Virus record (IMG/VR): IMGVR_UViG_3300029922_000014
Coordinates: 86,437-150,436 of that record
DNA from: a virus
Length of the DNA stretch: 64,000 nt
Strand: one strand, 5' to 3'
In this document: positions 53,406 through 63,913 of the stretch, in pieces
How positions within the stretch are numbered: position 1 is the first letter of the stretch
Layout of the letters: the number at the start of each line of letters is the position of its first letter
The notes under the pieces: generated by a model
The model's database searches: none
Seen by the model: the letters and a program-made list of their open reading frames with translations, nothing else
What the model was told of the DNA's origin: nothing
Translations under genes and position numbers: made by a program

Positions 53406-54422
53406 TCAAGCCACCGCGTACTTCGAGCGACGGGCACGGATCTTGGCGCGGAGGCGTGATGATGGCGATGGACCACAGCGGCCTTCGAGCAGGGTTGTGA
53501 TCTCGGCGCGGCGATCGTGCGGGTCTCCGTAGTCGAGATACAGGATGCTGACCGTCGGCGCCCGCCCGACGAGTGCGTCGTACAGGGCTTCAGCGTATTC
53601 CTGCGCATCGGGGTCGAGAGCGATCACCAGTTCTTCTGTTCCAGCCTTGACCAATTCGTCGAGGAGTGCCAACTGCTTGTCTCCGATGGTCTTGCCCAAA
53701 AGCGCGACGGCGTGCGGAAAGGCCATGCACGAGAAAGCCCCTTCGGTCACAGCAACCAGGGGCGCTCCGACGCAGCGATCAAAGTTCATGAGCACGTCGG
53801 TCTTGTGGAAGCATTGCTCCATGTTCGGCGGGTTGAGTGCTTTGGCGTAATGGTCGCCGCAATAGCGCGTGGTGAAGTATACGTGCTTGCCGTGGGTGGT
53901 GATCGGAAAGATCAGCCGGTTCTGATAGGTCCCGGTCGACGCGTAGTGGATCTGGAACTCTTCGATCTGACTGTCGGGGATACCGCGTTTCGCGAGGTAC
54001 TTGATGCCGGTCATGGCGCTGTAGGAAACGTCCTTCCAGAGCGGTACGGCTTCCTTCGGCATCTTGATCGGTACGAGGTATTGCTTGGTCTGCGGGGCCG
54101 CCTTGCGCAGGCGTTCGATGATGGCGGATCGTAGGTCGCCTTCAGGCAGTTCCGCGGTGTCGCGTGCCAGCAACTGACGCTCGACGAACAGGAGCTTGCC
54201 GTTGTTAAGGTCTTTGAAGAGCCCTTCGAGCCCGGTGCCGTAGTCGCAGCGAAAGCAATGGCCGACGCGGTTGTGCAGGTCGAAGCCAAAGTTCGGATGG
54301 GTGGATTCACTGCCGACGCGGTCGATGCACTTGGGGCAGTGGAACCGGCGCTGGCCGCCGCTGCCGACGGACTTGCCCAGACGTTTTTCCAGGTATTCAA
54401 GGAGAGCCGGGGCTGGTTTCAT
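53406..54422 (-). CDS. DNA primase (zinc finger plus TOPRIM)
   Basis: CPKC..HCFRC, YLAKRGI, RLIFPI, VTEGAFS, ALDPDA. Confidence 0.88.
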   Translation of the reverse strand: MKPAPALLEYLEKRLGKSVGSGGQRRFHCPKCIDRVGSESTHPNFGFDLHNRVGHCFRCDYGTGLEGLFKDLNNGKLLFVERQLLARDTAELPEGDLRSAIIERLRKAAPQTKQYLVPIKMPKEAVPLWKDVSYSAMTGIKYLAKRGIPDSQIEEFQIHYASTGTYQNRLIFPITTHGKHVYFTTRYCGDHYAKALNPPNMEQCFHKTDVLMNFDRCVGAPLVAVTEGAFSCMAFPHAVALLGKTIGDKQLALLDELVKAGTEELVIALDPDAQEYAEALYDALVGRAPTVSILYLDYGDPHDRRAEITTLLEGRCGPSPSSRLRAKIRARRSKYAVA

Positions 54423-55876
54423 GGCTTTCTTTCTGGATTCGGGCGACGCGGAGGTTGCTGCGGTTTGACCAAGCCGACCCTGGCGCGCAGTTCAGCCGGG
54501 TTGGCGGCTGCGCGCATCTTCGGGCGCTCACCTGTAGCAGCGGGCAGGTCGATTGCACCGCAGTCGATGCGTTGCTTGGCGGCGTTCATGAGCTTGAAGG
54601 ACTTGAGCAAACAGCGGTTCCGTTCGATGCGGCAGTGGACTGTCACATTACCCTCAGCACGACGAATCTTCAAGAAATGCAAGCGTGCTTCCTGTGAAAT
54701 GACTTCGTCTTCGTTCTGGCACAGTGCTCCGGCAATGTCGACGATTGACCCCTTTTCTTTGGCCTCGGCAAAGCCACGCATGTTCGGGCGGTCCGGGTCA
54801 AAGTCGCCGTTGACCTGCGACGCAGTCCAGACCCCGGCATTGAAGTCGTTGCCAGCACGGCGCAGGGCGCGATAGGTCTTGGCGATCTCATGTCGAAGCG
54901 CATCCGAATGCTCGCTCATCTCCAACAGGTCTGCGTAGTCGAGAAGGATGAGGTCTGGGCGATACTTCTGCGCGCGCATCAGTTCGAGGTGGCTGCGGAT
55001 CGACTGAAGGCTGGCGGCAGAGTTCAGGTATCCCTTGATCATCACGTTGCCGCGGACAAGGCTCCGCAGGCGCTTCTTCATCAACTGCCCGTATTCGGCA
55101 CCGTTGGTGGTCTTGAGCTTGATCAGGTTGCCCATCATGCGGTCGTCGTACCGCTTTTTGATGTCATCCTGGTGCATTTCCAGGCTGTAGTGGACGACTT
55201 TGTGCCCCGCGACCATGGCACCGAATCCAAAGTTTATTAAGGCTGTGGTTTTCCCGACTCCTGTTTGTGCAAGGACGCAGCCGAGTTCACCGCGCCGGAT
55301 GCCGCCCTTCAAAGCGCGATCGACGTGTTCGATGCCGGTCGGAATGCGTTCGGGATCTTCCGTCTCCACCACAGGATCGGCGTACTGGATCGCGCGTGCT
55401 TCAGCGTCCTCCTGATAATTCACACCGACGTCAAGAATGTCTTCACCGACCATCAACGCGGCCTGCATGCGATTGATGATCTTGTTCGGTTCGCCGGCTT
55501 CGATCAGATCCATGGATTCGATGACGGCGAGCACAGCGGCCTGGACCTTCCCAAATCCAATAAGCTTGGCCCCGACGGCTTCTGCGTCGTGGATGTCGGC
55601 GGCGTAGAGCTTTTCGATCAGCCCTTGAACATGGCCGAATGACGCAGGATCGCAAATCTCGCGGCAGTTCTCTTCGAGGAGCGATTGTCCCGGAATCGCC
55701 TTGTATTCATCAACGTGGTCGATGAGCGCACGGGCAACGATCGCATGAACTTTGGAGTTCCAATACTTCGGATTGATCGCGGTTCGGAAGCGAAGCGCAA
55801 ACTGCGGCTGCCGGCAGAGCACTGCCAGGGCATGCTGTTGGAAACGCTCACCGAATTGCTCAGAGTAATTGGTCAT
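54419..55876 (-). CDS. DnaB/gp41-type replicative helicase
   Basis: IPTGI, AQTGVGKT, SLEM, LLDYADL, WTASQ. Confidence 0.9.
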   Translation of the reverse strand: MTNYSEQFGERFQQHALAVLCRQPQFALRFRTAINPKYWNSKVHAIVARALIDHVDEYKAIPGQSLLEENCREICDPASFGHVQGLIEKLYAADIHDAEAVGAKLIGFGKVQAAVLAVIESMDLIEAGEPNKIINRMQAALMVGEDILDVGVNYQEDAEARAIQYADPVVETEDPERIPTGIEHVDRALKGGIRRGELGCVLAQTGVGKTTALINFGFGAMVAGHKVVHYSLEMHQDDIKKRYDDRMMGNLIKLKTTNGAEYGQLMKKRLRSLVRGNVMIKGYLNSAASLQSIRSHLELMRAQKYRPDLILLDYADLLEMSEHSDALRHEIAKTYRALRRAGNDFNAGVWTASQVNGDFDPDRPNMRGFAEAKEKGSIVDIAGALCQNEDEVISQEARLHFLKIRRAEGNVTVHCRIERNRCLLKSFKLMNAAKQRIDCGAIDLPAATGERPKMRAAANPAELRARVGLVKPQQPPRRPNPERKP

Positions 55877-55877
55877 G

Positions 55878-56786
55878 TCACCACGTGATGCCGAGGTCGA
55901 TTGAAGGGGTTGCCATCAGACGCGCCGAACGCGGAGACAGATCCTTCAACAGGTTTGCGAACTGTTTGTCGTCCCAGGTCTTAAACCCGATGAGCGCAGG
56001 AAACATGGGATTATATCCAGAAGCAACAGCAACGGCAGCACGAAGACGTGCAAGGTGCGCCACGTGTCCGATGGTCGGGTAGGTCTGACGCAGGCGTTCG
56101 AGGAGCCGGTTCGCCGCCACGTTCCGCGGTCCGAAAATGGCTTGGTATTCATCGGAATGGTCAGCATAGACCGCCAGTGGTTGACCATCACCATCGGTCA
56201 CGGAGCGACACAGCAGCCACAGCCGCTCCTCTTCCTCCTCCGCCATGCGATTGACGAGTCGGTCGAGTTCGGTGTTGCCGAGGTTGCGCCCGTCGGGATA
56301 GGCGAAGGTCCGCTGGCAAGTCAGCAGGTAGGACTGCCAGCGTCCGATCGCCGCCTTCTCCACGAGCACGATGGTCTGGAAGTCCGAAAACCTCCCCACT
56401 TCCTGGGATTGGATGTACGTGCGCCTTGCGTGCATCTGCACGGCGATCCACGCCACCGGTGACGCCCCGTATTTCGTGCACATGCGGGAGACCGTGGCGA
56501 GGGCATCATGTTCGGTGACCGGTTCGCAGCGGTCGTATCCGAAAATCTCCCGATGGAGTTGGTGATAGACCTGATGCAAATCGTCGTTGTCGGACGGCCA
56601 GACGAAGACCTTGGCTTCCTGCTCTGCAAGCATTTCTGACAGGCTTTTTCGATTCGTCCAGGTCTCCTGGATTTTCGCACACAGCACCCGGGCATGACAA
56701 CGATCGCAGGCGTCTGGGGCGTTTCCAGAGCCGTAGCAGGCCGGACGTCCGCGAGGGACGGGTGCTGGTTGGCGGTCAATTGACAT
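55878..56786 (-). CDS. Hypothetical protein with N-terminal Cys cluster; ATG lies within Box A
   Basis: PACYG...CDRCHARVLC; start ATG 56786 coupled to the helicase stop. Confidence 0.6.
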   Translation of the reverse strand: MSIDRQPAPVPRGRPACYGSGNAPDACDRCHARVLCAKIQETWTNRKSLSEMLAEQEAKVFVWPSDNDDLHQVYHQLHREIFGYDRCEPVTEHDALATVSRMCTKYGASPVAWIAVQMHARRTYIQSQEVGRFSDFQTIVLVEKAAIGRWQSYLLTCQRTFAYPDGRNLGNTELDRLVNRMAEEEEERLWLLCRSVTDGDGQPLAVYADHSDEYQAIFGPRNVAANRLLERLRQTYPTIGHVAHLARLRAAVAVASGYNPMFPALIGFKTWDDKQFANLLKDLSPRSARLMATPSIDLGITW

Positions 56787-56790
56787 CGTG

Positions 56791-58572
56791 TCAGTCCTTG
56801 CGGGAACGCGAACGACGGCGCCGGTTGTCATCATGAAGCTTTTGCATCGCATCCTCCCAACGCAGAAACGGCCACAGCAGCGAATCCCGATTCTCAGGGA
56901 CCGCGGGCCAAGCGTAGAGCGGAAACACCTCATACCCTTCGCCCTCATACACACGGACCCGATCCAGTCCGTGCTGTGTCAAGGTCTCGTGCGAGGTGGG
57001 GATGATGTCCACGACCCACACTTCGTTGTCGCCGTCTTTCTTGCGTCTCGTACCGCGGCCGACGCGTTGAATCGCGTTGGTGTTGACGCTGACGCCTTCG
57101 GCCATGACCAGTGCTTCGATGCCTTCAACATCAGAGCCTTCGTCCAGGACGTTGTTCGCGATCAAGCACTTCGCCTTGCGTTCGGTGAAAGCCTTCTTGG
57201 CAGCCTCGCGATCCTCCTGTTTCGTCGCACCCCAGATCGCCACGGTGCTGATGCCTTGCGCCTCGGCCATGTCCTTCAACCGCTTCCACTGCTCTTTCTT
57301 GCGGGTGAACACCACGGTGCGCTTGCCATGATCGGTCAGCCACGCCACCACCCGGATCACCGCCCGGTTGTGGTAGTCGTTCTCCACGATCCCGAGGCGG
57401 TATGCGTCGGCATACGGCAGGTCGATCTCCTTGGTGAAGGAACGCTTCCCGATGAAGTATTCCTTCTGGCCTTTCGGAAGCGTCGGACCACTGACAGCGT
57501 CGGAAAGGATCGCAATGATCTTGGGCTTCGCCGCTGCACCGATTTCGATCAGTTCGTTCAGTTCAACGTTGCTGATGATGTCACCGGTAGCACCCATCAT
57601 GGTGGTGTCGTCGATCGCAGATTCTTTCAGAGGCGAACCACTGAACCCGAACCTGCGAATAGCTTTTGAGCGCAGACAAAACTCGGACCATGACTCCGAA
57701 CTGGCGTGATGTACTTCATCAAGAGCGAGAACTTGCCGCGTTTCCATCAATTGACGGATCACGGGATCGTACGGCACTTGTTCTATCCGCGTCCGCGTCA
57801 TTGGCTTGCCATCCGGACGTAGCACGGGTTTGCCGTTCGCCCCTTTGAGCGGTTCGCGAACCTTCTTCTCGCGGTCCTGAAATTGGATCAACGTCTGCGC
57901 GGTGACGATCGTGATGTCACCCATCTCCCGATTCTTGACACCATTTTTCTTCTGGCCGCCGCCGCAGATCCCGACGGTTGGCTCCGTTTCACTGATAAAG
58001 TATTTTGCGCAGCGCGCAGCAAACTGATGGACCAGATCAGCCTTGGGAACGACGACCAGTGTCTGCCATCCTAATTCCTCCCACAGGTACTTCGCAGCCA
58101 CGATGGCACATTCCGTTTTGCCGGCGCCTGTACTGGCCTTAACGATCCCACGTTGATTGGTCAGAATCGCCCGGATGGCATCCATCTGATCGGGGCGCAG
58201 GGTGATACCCGGCAGGTATTGATCCGTCAGCCGGGAAAGATCGACCTGATGGAAGTCCCCGAGTTCCTGCACGGTGACGGGCACAGCGCAGTTCGAGTAG
58301 TAACGCGTGACGCGGCTGACGAGTCCAGCAGGAAAGGTGAAGATACTCGGATCGCGACGGTCTTTACGATAAAAGCGGTGGAATCCATCCCAGCGCCCTT
58401 CCTTGAACGCCGGAGAAAAAAAGTGATTCGGGTGGATGATGCGGAGACATTCGTCGAGGTCAGCCTGGAGCGCACCACGGATTCGTGCGTATGCGCCATC
58501 AACAACGATGGAAATATCACTGCGAATTGCAGTAGTAGAATCCCGTACTTCGTTGCTATTTGCAGTATTCAT
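56791..58572 (-). CDS. SF2 DNA helicase (UvsW-like)
   Basis: WDG, LRPDQ, STGAGKT, DEVHH, SGSP, QRVGRGTR. Confidence 0.9.
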   Translation of the reverse strand: MNTANSNEVRDSTTAIRSDISIVVDGAYARIRGALQADLDECLRIIHPNHFFSPAFKEGRWDGFHRFYRKDRRDPSIFTFPAGLVSRVTRYYSNCAVPVTVQELGDFHQVDLSRLTDQYLPGITLRPDQMDAIRAILTNQRGIVKASTGAGKTECAIVAAKYLWEELGWQTLVVVPKADLVHQFAARCAKYFISETEPTVGICGGGQKKNGVKNREMGDITIVTAQTLIQFQDREKKVREPLKGANGKPVLRPDGKPMTRTRIEQVPYDPVIRQLMETRQVLALDEVHHASSESWSEFCLRSKAIRRFGFSGSPLKESAIDDTTMMGATGDIISNVELNELIEIGAAAKPKIIAILSDAVSGPTLPKGQKEYFIGKRSFTKEIDLPYADAYRLGIVENDYHNRAVIRVVAWLTDHGKRTVVFTRKKEQWKRLKDMAEAQGISTVAIWGATKQEDREAAKKAFTERKAKCLIANNVLDEGSDVEGIEALVMAEGVSVNTNAIQRVGRGTRRKKDGDNEVWVVDIIPTSHETLTQHGLDRVRVYEGEGYEVFPLYAWPAVPENRDSLLWPFLRWEDAMQKLHDDNRRRRSRSRKD

Positions 58573-58645
58573 CGGATGGACCGGTGTTTGTAATCACTTC
58601 CGGCCAGTGTCAACATCCGACTTTGTGCGCTATGCAGAAAAGCGG

Positions 58646-59110
58646 TCAGCCGCGCAATACACCGTGCTTGGCAGAACCAAAACATACTTTTTTCGTTACT
58701 GGGCGCGTATGTCGTTTCAGAACCGCATCAGCTTCGTAGTGCTTGAAGCGTCGCAGGCAGTATGGGCACACCAGGGAAGTTGCAGCCCGCGCCGACTCCG
58801 GCTTGAGCTTTCCCAGTTCGATCGGATGCCTTGGCGCGAAGGTCAAGGTGCTGACACGGGCCGATTCGATGCGATCGACGCGATAGGAGCGCAGGAGTCC
58901 GTTTTTGACGCGCACTCCATACAGCAACGTGTTCCCGGCCGCGGTCTTGCGAATGCTGTAGGGTTCGATGTACCGGACGCGCCCGCGATATTGCAGGCGG
59001 ACCTGATGGTGGCGAATCGCCGCGTTTCGGATGATGCCGAGGTTGAGGTCTTTGCCCCAAACTGGCGCCGGCAGCCGACGGGCGACTTCCAGCAATGTCG
59101 TGGCGATCAC
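58646..59110 (-). CDS. WYL-domain protein with C-terminal Cys/His finger
   Basis: VRLQY..RYIEPYSI...LLYG....LRSYRVDRI; CPYC...H...C. Confidence 0.8.
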   Translation of the reverse strand: MIATTLLEVARRLPAPVWGKDLNLGIIRNAAIRHHQVRLQYRGRVRYIEPYSIRKTAAGNTLLYGVRVKNGLLRSYRVDRIESARVSTLTFAPRHPIELGKLKPESARAATSLVCPYCLRRFKHYEADAVLKRHTRPVTKKVCFGSAKHGVLRG

Positions 59111-59457
59111 GAACCGACTACCTGCGGCGGGTTGGTGCCTTCCCAGACGAACTCAGAAACGGGAAAGTGCTTGCCACACGCGCAGCAGAACGTGCTCCCG
59201 TAGTAGCGCGGGTCTCTTGAATACGTTTCTGCCAGCTTGCGCGCCATCGTGGTGATCGACTTGCACCTGTTGTGGATGTAGGACTGGCGCACTGGACGGA
59301 TGAAACCACGCGAGCGCTCTTCATCGGACAAGATCCAATAATCCCCGTGCATGCCGGTTACTGGATCGAGCGGCTGCGGGGCCGGTTCATGCTCCATGCC
59401 AGGAGCGGGCGGTTGGCCAGAGAGCGTCGTGCGTTTGGGGAGGTCGGACATGGCCAC
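59107..59457 (-). CDS. Hypothetical phage zinc-binding protein
   Basis: GFIRPVRQSYIH.RC..ETYSRDP.YYGSTFCCAC. Confidence 0.65.
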   Translation of the reverse strand: MAMSDLPKRTTLSGQPPAPGMEHEPAPQPLDPVTGMHGDYWILSDEERSRGFIRPVRQSYIHNRCKSITTMARKLAETYSRDPRYYGSTFCCACGKHFPVSEFVWEGTNPPQVVGS

Positions 59458-59763
59458 AGACTACGGGCGGGAAACCGCCGGGGCAAGCTGGACTGACACG
59501 ATGTCAGTTGTCAGGCGCGGTCCTCGCGCGCGCTGTCAGTGCCCGCTGTTCCGCATCCCACAAAGCCATTTGATGCACGATCATCTGTTCACAGTGATCT
59601 GCAATCGCCACGACGGTTTCTGGATCAGTGCTGCCCTCAAGCCGCTGAAGCGCATGCAGCAGACCGCAGGTGCAGATGTGACCAAGCGCATACACGTGGC
59701 AGTCCCCGTCGTGGGTTGGCCCAGTAGTCTTGCGATACCAGCGTGTGAGGTCGTCGATCAAGA

Positions 59764-59807
59764 GCTTGGTCAGTGCTTGGTCAGTGCTTGGTCAGTGCTT
59801 GGTCAGT
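59764..59807. repeat. 11-bp tandem repeat x~4
   Basis: gcttggtcagt repeated, intergenic. Confidence 0.85.
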
Positions 59808-60109
59808 TAGACGGTGACCAAGCTCTTGACGCGGCGGGCCTCGCGACGGGCTGCCCGTGCCACCCGCTTCTGCTGCTTGGTGAGGTCGGCACTGGTTACA
59901 GGAAAGTTCCGGCGCTCGAACCCTTCGACGAGGTTGGTCTGCTGTTGGATGGCCGCGGTCAGGACTGACTGCATCGACATGAGCTTACGCAGGTGACTGA
60001 TGCCCACCTGATGCCCCGCTGCATTGAGCACCGGCAGGGTGGCGAGCAGGCCGGTTGCGGCCCAGTCGGTCAGGACATTCTCGAAGTCGTCAGCCATGTG
60101 AACCTCCAA

Positions 60110-60960
60110 AGTTCATAGATGGGTCATGCAATGACCCATCATGAAACGGCGAATCAAAGTCAAGGGGCGACTACGGTTTCCGATTGACATCGTGTCAATC
60201 CACGGGGAGGGGGCCGGCGGCATCGGGGTGGGGAGACTTCGAGCTTCTGGCTTCGGTCTTCACACTTCGACATGCGAGCTTCGAGTGTGGTTTTCGAGAG
60301 GGCTTTTGCTTTGGGTTTCGACGGCTTTTGTCGGTTGTATTCGGCCGTTTCTCAAAAGTATTTTGTATTCGCAGCACATGCGCCGAACGGAGTGAGTGCG
60401 CTTTTTCTTTGTCTTTTTTTATAGGAAGAGAGGGAAGGATGAGGGAGGTATACGTAGTATACCCCCCGAAGACTGAAGAGGGGATGCAAGGGGAGAGGGG
60501 GAGGAACCTGCCCTTTTTTTCTATTTCTTTTGTTCGCCGTCGTCGACCCTACCGGTCAATCGTCGAACCGATCATCGAATCAATCGCCGCCCGAACCGAC
60601 TACCGCTTCCCCGCCGCACCCCGAAACCGATGATCACCCCGGCGTCGAACCGGTCATCGAATCCGCTGAACCGACACCGAACACCAGCGAACGGCCAAAA
60701 CAGTTGAGGCTCTGAATAGGCTGTTTTTAGCCTCTGGAATTGCTGATGGTTCTCGTGGGTACCCCCCGGTGTCTAAAGTCGATTAAACAGCCTCCCAGGC
60801 TTAGTTTCAGGCCACTCTGGAAGCGCCAGTCTGGCTCAAAAATACCAAAAACCGTCAATCTTCTGCTAACCCCATTAGCAGTTGGCGATTGACATCGTGT
60901 TAATCCAAAACAGAACCCCCATCCACAGAGCACCATGGATGGGGGTCAGGAGCTTCAAAA
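60110..60960. other. ~850-bp non-coding region, candidate replication origin or genome end
   Basis: No credible ORF; polypyrimidine/polypurine tracts; 21-bp repeats at 60561 and 60643; Box A at 60185 and variant at 60890. Confidence 0.45.
60907..60947 (-). terminator. Intrinsic terminator after RecQ
   Basis: acccccatcca...tggatgggggt followed by tctgtttt. Confidence 0.7.
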
Positions 60961-60971
60961 CAGAGGGCGGC

Positions 60972-62723
60972 TCATGACTCGAAGTACCGCCGGATGTACC
61001 CCCGCTTGTCGATCGCGGAGATGTACCCGCACATGATCTGGAGACGCATCTTTTCCCTCCGCCGCCGGGCTTCGATGTTCTCGACCGGGATCATCTCGGT
61101 GATGGCCCCGGCGAAGAACTCCGGCTTGACCTTGGTCGTCTTGCCGCGGAAGACCGCACCCAGTTCCAAGATGCCCGCGTCGCGCAGCGTCTTGAGCGCC
61201 GAACTGACCGCGGTCTGGCTCAGGCTGCATGCCAGCCCCAGCGCGTCACGATCGACCAGGAAGTCGACGATGCGCGGACGCTCGCCAGCCTGAACGCCTT
61301 CAGCACCGATCACCACAGGCGCGACGGCTTCAGCGTCATAGCGCGCGCAGAGGTTGGTCAGCACCGCCATCTTGCTTTCGCTGAGTTCCGCCTGGGCCAA
61401 GGCGAGCTTGCCCTTGTCACCGACGAAGGACACGGTCAGGCCGGCATCACAGGCACGGCGTTCGATGATCTGGTAGCTGTCCATGGTGTGCAGGGCGCCG
61501 AGCACCTGTTCCGGCGGCAGTGTCAGGTTCATCGTCCGGGCGATCTCAATCGAGATGGTCTCGCCGGTCAGCGAGATGGTTTCCCCGAACTCATGCACGG
61601 TGGTCAACCATTTCCACACGACCTGGAAGGCGGTGTAGGGCGGGTTGCCGTTGTCGATGAACTTCTGGCGCATGTCGACGGCGTATTCGTCGTGGATCAG
61701 GATCACCGTCGATGGTTTGCCATCGCGCCCCGCCCGCCCGGCCTCCTGGCAATAGTCCTCCAAGCAGCCAGGGATGCCAAAGTGGCAGACGGTCCGGATG
61801 TCGGGGATGTCGATCCCCATGCCGAAAGCATTGGTGGCGACGACGGTGGTGAAGAGACCGCGCTTGAACTTGTCCTGCGTCTCCTCGCGTTCGAGCTTGT
61901 TCATGCCGGCGTGATAGACCCCGACCTTGTGGCGCATCGTGGGGTTCTGGCGGACGATGTCCTCTGCAAGGTTTTCACACTTCTTGCGCGTGCCGCCATA
62001 GATGATGTGTCGGCCTTCGCCGGTGATGTACGACTTGGCGTACCGGGAGAAGTTGTGGTTGGGGTTGCCGTTCCAGACGACGTAGTCGAGGTTCGGCCGG
62101 ACGGGGTCGCCCACCACGCGACGATAATCACCCATGCCGAGCGACTTGACGATGTCGCCTTCGATTTCCTTGGTCGCAGTCGCGGTGACAGCAATAATGC
62201 GGGCGCCCCCTTGAATGGACGCCTTGATCTGGCCGATGCGCATATACGCCGGACGAAAATCATGTCCGTTTCTGGATATGCAGTGAACTTCGTCCACAAC
62301 CAGAAAGTTGATGGGGGTGACGTCGACGGCGTCGCGGAAGCGATGACTGTCCAAACGCTCTGGCGACACGTAGAAGACTTTGTATTCGCCATAGCGGAAG
62401 TTGTTCAGGCGATCTTCGATCTCGGACTCGTCGAGCGAGGAGTTGATGAAGCTCGCCGGAATCTTGCGCTTGTGGCAGTCTTCGACCTGATCCTTCATCA
62501 AGGCGATCAGTGGGCTGACCACGATTGCGGTTCCGGGATAGAGAAGAGCAGCGATCTGGAAGATGGCCGACTTGCCATTCGCGGTCGGCAAGATCGCCAG
62601 GAGGTCAAGTCCTGCGATGATTGCTTCGAGCGATTCTTCCTGCGCTTTTCGGAGCGTGTCGAAGCCCCAGTGTTTTTGGAGCAGCACCAGGGCGTCGTCC
62701 ATGGTTGGTTGATGATCGGTCAT
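60972..62723 (-). CDS. recQ: RecQ-family helicase
   Basis: LQKHWGFDTLRKAQ, PTANGKS, SPLIALMKDQV, VDEVHCIS..GHDFRP.Y, ATNAFGMGID, QEAGRAGRDG. Confidence 0.93.
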   Translation of the reverse strand: MTDHQPTMDDALVLLQKHWGFDTLRKAQEESLEAIIAGLDLLAILPTANGKSAIFQIAALLYPGTAIVVSPLIALMKDQVEDCHKRKIPASFINSSLDESEIEDRLNNFRYGEYKVFYVSPERLDSHRFRDAVDVTPINFLVVDEVHCISRNGHDFRPAYMRIGQIKASIQGGARIIAVTATATKEIEGDIVKSLGMGDYRRVVGDPVRPNLDYVVWNGNPNHNFSRYAKSYITGEGRHIIYGGTRKKCENLAEDIVRQNPTMRHKVGVYHAGMNKLEREETQDKFKRGLFTTVVATNAFGMGIDIPDIRTVCHFGIPGCLEDYCQEAGRAGRDGKPSTVILIHDEYAVDMRQKFIDNGNPPYTAFQVVWKWLTTVHEFGETISLTGETISIEIARTMNLTLPPEQVLGALHTMDSYQIIERRACDAGLTVSFVGDKGKLALAQAELSESKMAVLTNLCARYDAEAVAPVVIGAEGVQAGERPRIVDFLVDRDALGLACSLSQTAVSSALKTLRDAGILELGAVFRGKTTKVKPEFFAGAITEMIPVENIEARRRREKMRLQIMCGYISAIDKRGYIRRYFES

Positions 62724-63039
62724 GACACAGGGTCCTTTGGCTTGTCGCCGTTGGTTGGTTTGGGCTGAGAGTGTATATCCCGCGTCACGCGGACAATCGT
62801 TGTTTTGACGTCAGAAAACGATGCAGTCGCCGCGAAGGCAGCGCCAACCATACCAGGGACCATTGTACCGGCTCATGCGACGCTTACCGCAAGCGCAAAC
62901 TGCCCGCCGCCGTTCACCGTAGCGCGGCTGTTTGTACCTCCGCGGGTTGAAGACCTGGAAGCGGGGCATCCGGTCGACCATCTCTTCGTATTGGCGCAAA
63001 AGGCTGTTCGGGAAAACCGTGTTCATGATTGACGCCGTG

Positions 63040-63702
63040 TCAGTTCGGGGTGCTGAGGATGAGGGTCACGACGCGGTCATATCCCGCTTCGTTGAGGTGG
63101 ATGCCAGCCGGTTGGCTGTATTGCGGATCGCACCAGCCCGACGGCAGCACCACCGCTGGCCATAGGTTGAGCCACTGCGCGTTGCGCCCGTTGGCCACGT
63201 CTTGCAGTTGCGCCGTCAGGGTGCCAAAGTCCGCCGGTCCCAAGTTGTTTCCCGTCGCCCACGGATACTGAGGGGCGAGCGGCATCGGGGACAGGCAGAT
63301 GACCGTCGTTGCGCCCTTTGCGCGTACGGTGTCGATGAGTGTTCCATACTCGGCCATCGTCACATCGCGAGGCGTTCTGGTCTGAAGATCGTTGATTCCG
63401 CACCAAAGGTACACCGTCGGCGGGAGGCTGGGCTGCGCCTGCACGCGAGCAAGGACCATGGCGACGGTATCGCCTCCGACGCCAAGATTCTCTGCCCCTG
63501 GGAGCCACGTTTGCCACGCCCCCAGATAGACATAGCTGTCACCGATGACCGCCTTGGTCGTCGGGTTGGGAACCGAGTCATCGTGAGCGTCATAGGTCGT
63601 CGGGAACGCCGCTGCCCCGGGAGCGTGGTACGGTTCGTGATGGAGTCCACCGTATCCGCAGCCGGCGAGCATGATGATGGCGATGGTGAGGATGAAGCGC
63701 AT
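63040..63702 (-). CDS. SGNH/GDSL hydrolase lipoprotein
   Basis: Lipobox LAGC; GDSY, NLGVGGDT, GIND, GIHLNEAGY. Confidence 0.85.
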   Translation of the reverse strand: MRFILTIAIIMLAGCGYGGLHHEPYHAPGAAAFPTTYDAHDDSVPNPTTKAVIGDSYVYLGAWQTWLPGAENLGVGGDTVAMVLARVQAQPSLPPTVYLWCGINDLQTRTPRDVTMAEYGTLIDTVRAKGATTVICLSPMPLAPQYPWATGNNLGPADFGTLTAQLQDVANGRNAQWLNLWPAVVLPSGWCDPQYSQPAGIHLNEAGYDRVVTLILSTPN

Positions 63703-63913
63703 GGCGTGTTCCTTTGGAACGTCGAGTGGAAGGGGGCTGAAGGGCAGGATCAACGGGCGGTGGCCATTTCCTCTGCACACGCTTCGACGAAGGTCAGGAA
63801 CTCGGGATCGTTCAGGGCGACGAAGGCGACTTCGTATTGCGCGCAGAACTGACGGACCAGGAAACCGATTTCCGCGTTGGTATGGGTCTTGAAGAGGTTC
63901 ATGGCTGACTCCG

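Noticed and set aside
61450-61460. 11-bp match (caggcacggcg) between the putative TnpB guide and recQ
   Set aside because: Too short for GC-rich DNA and the guide boundary is itself inferred; treated as chance.
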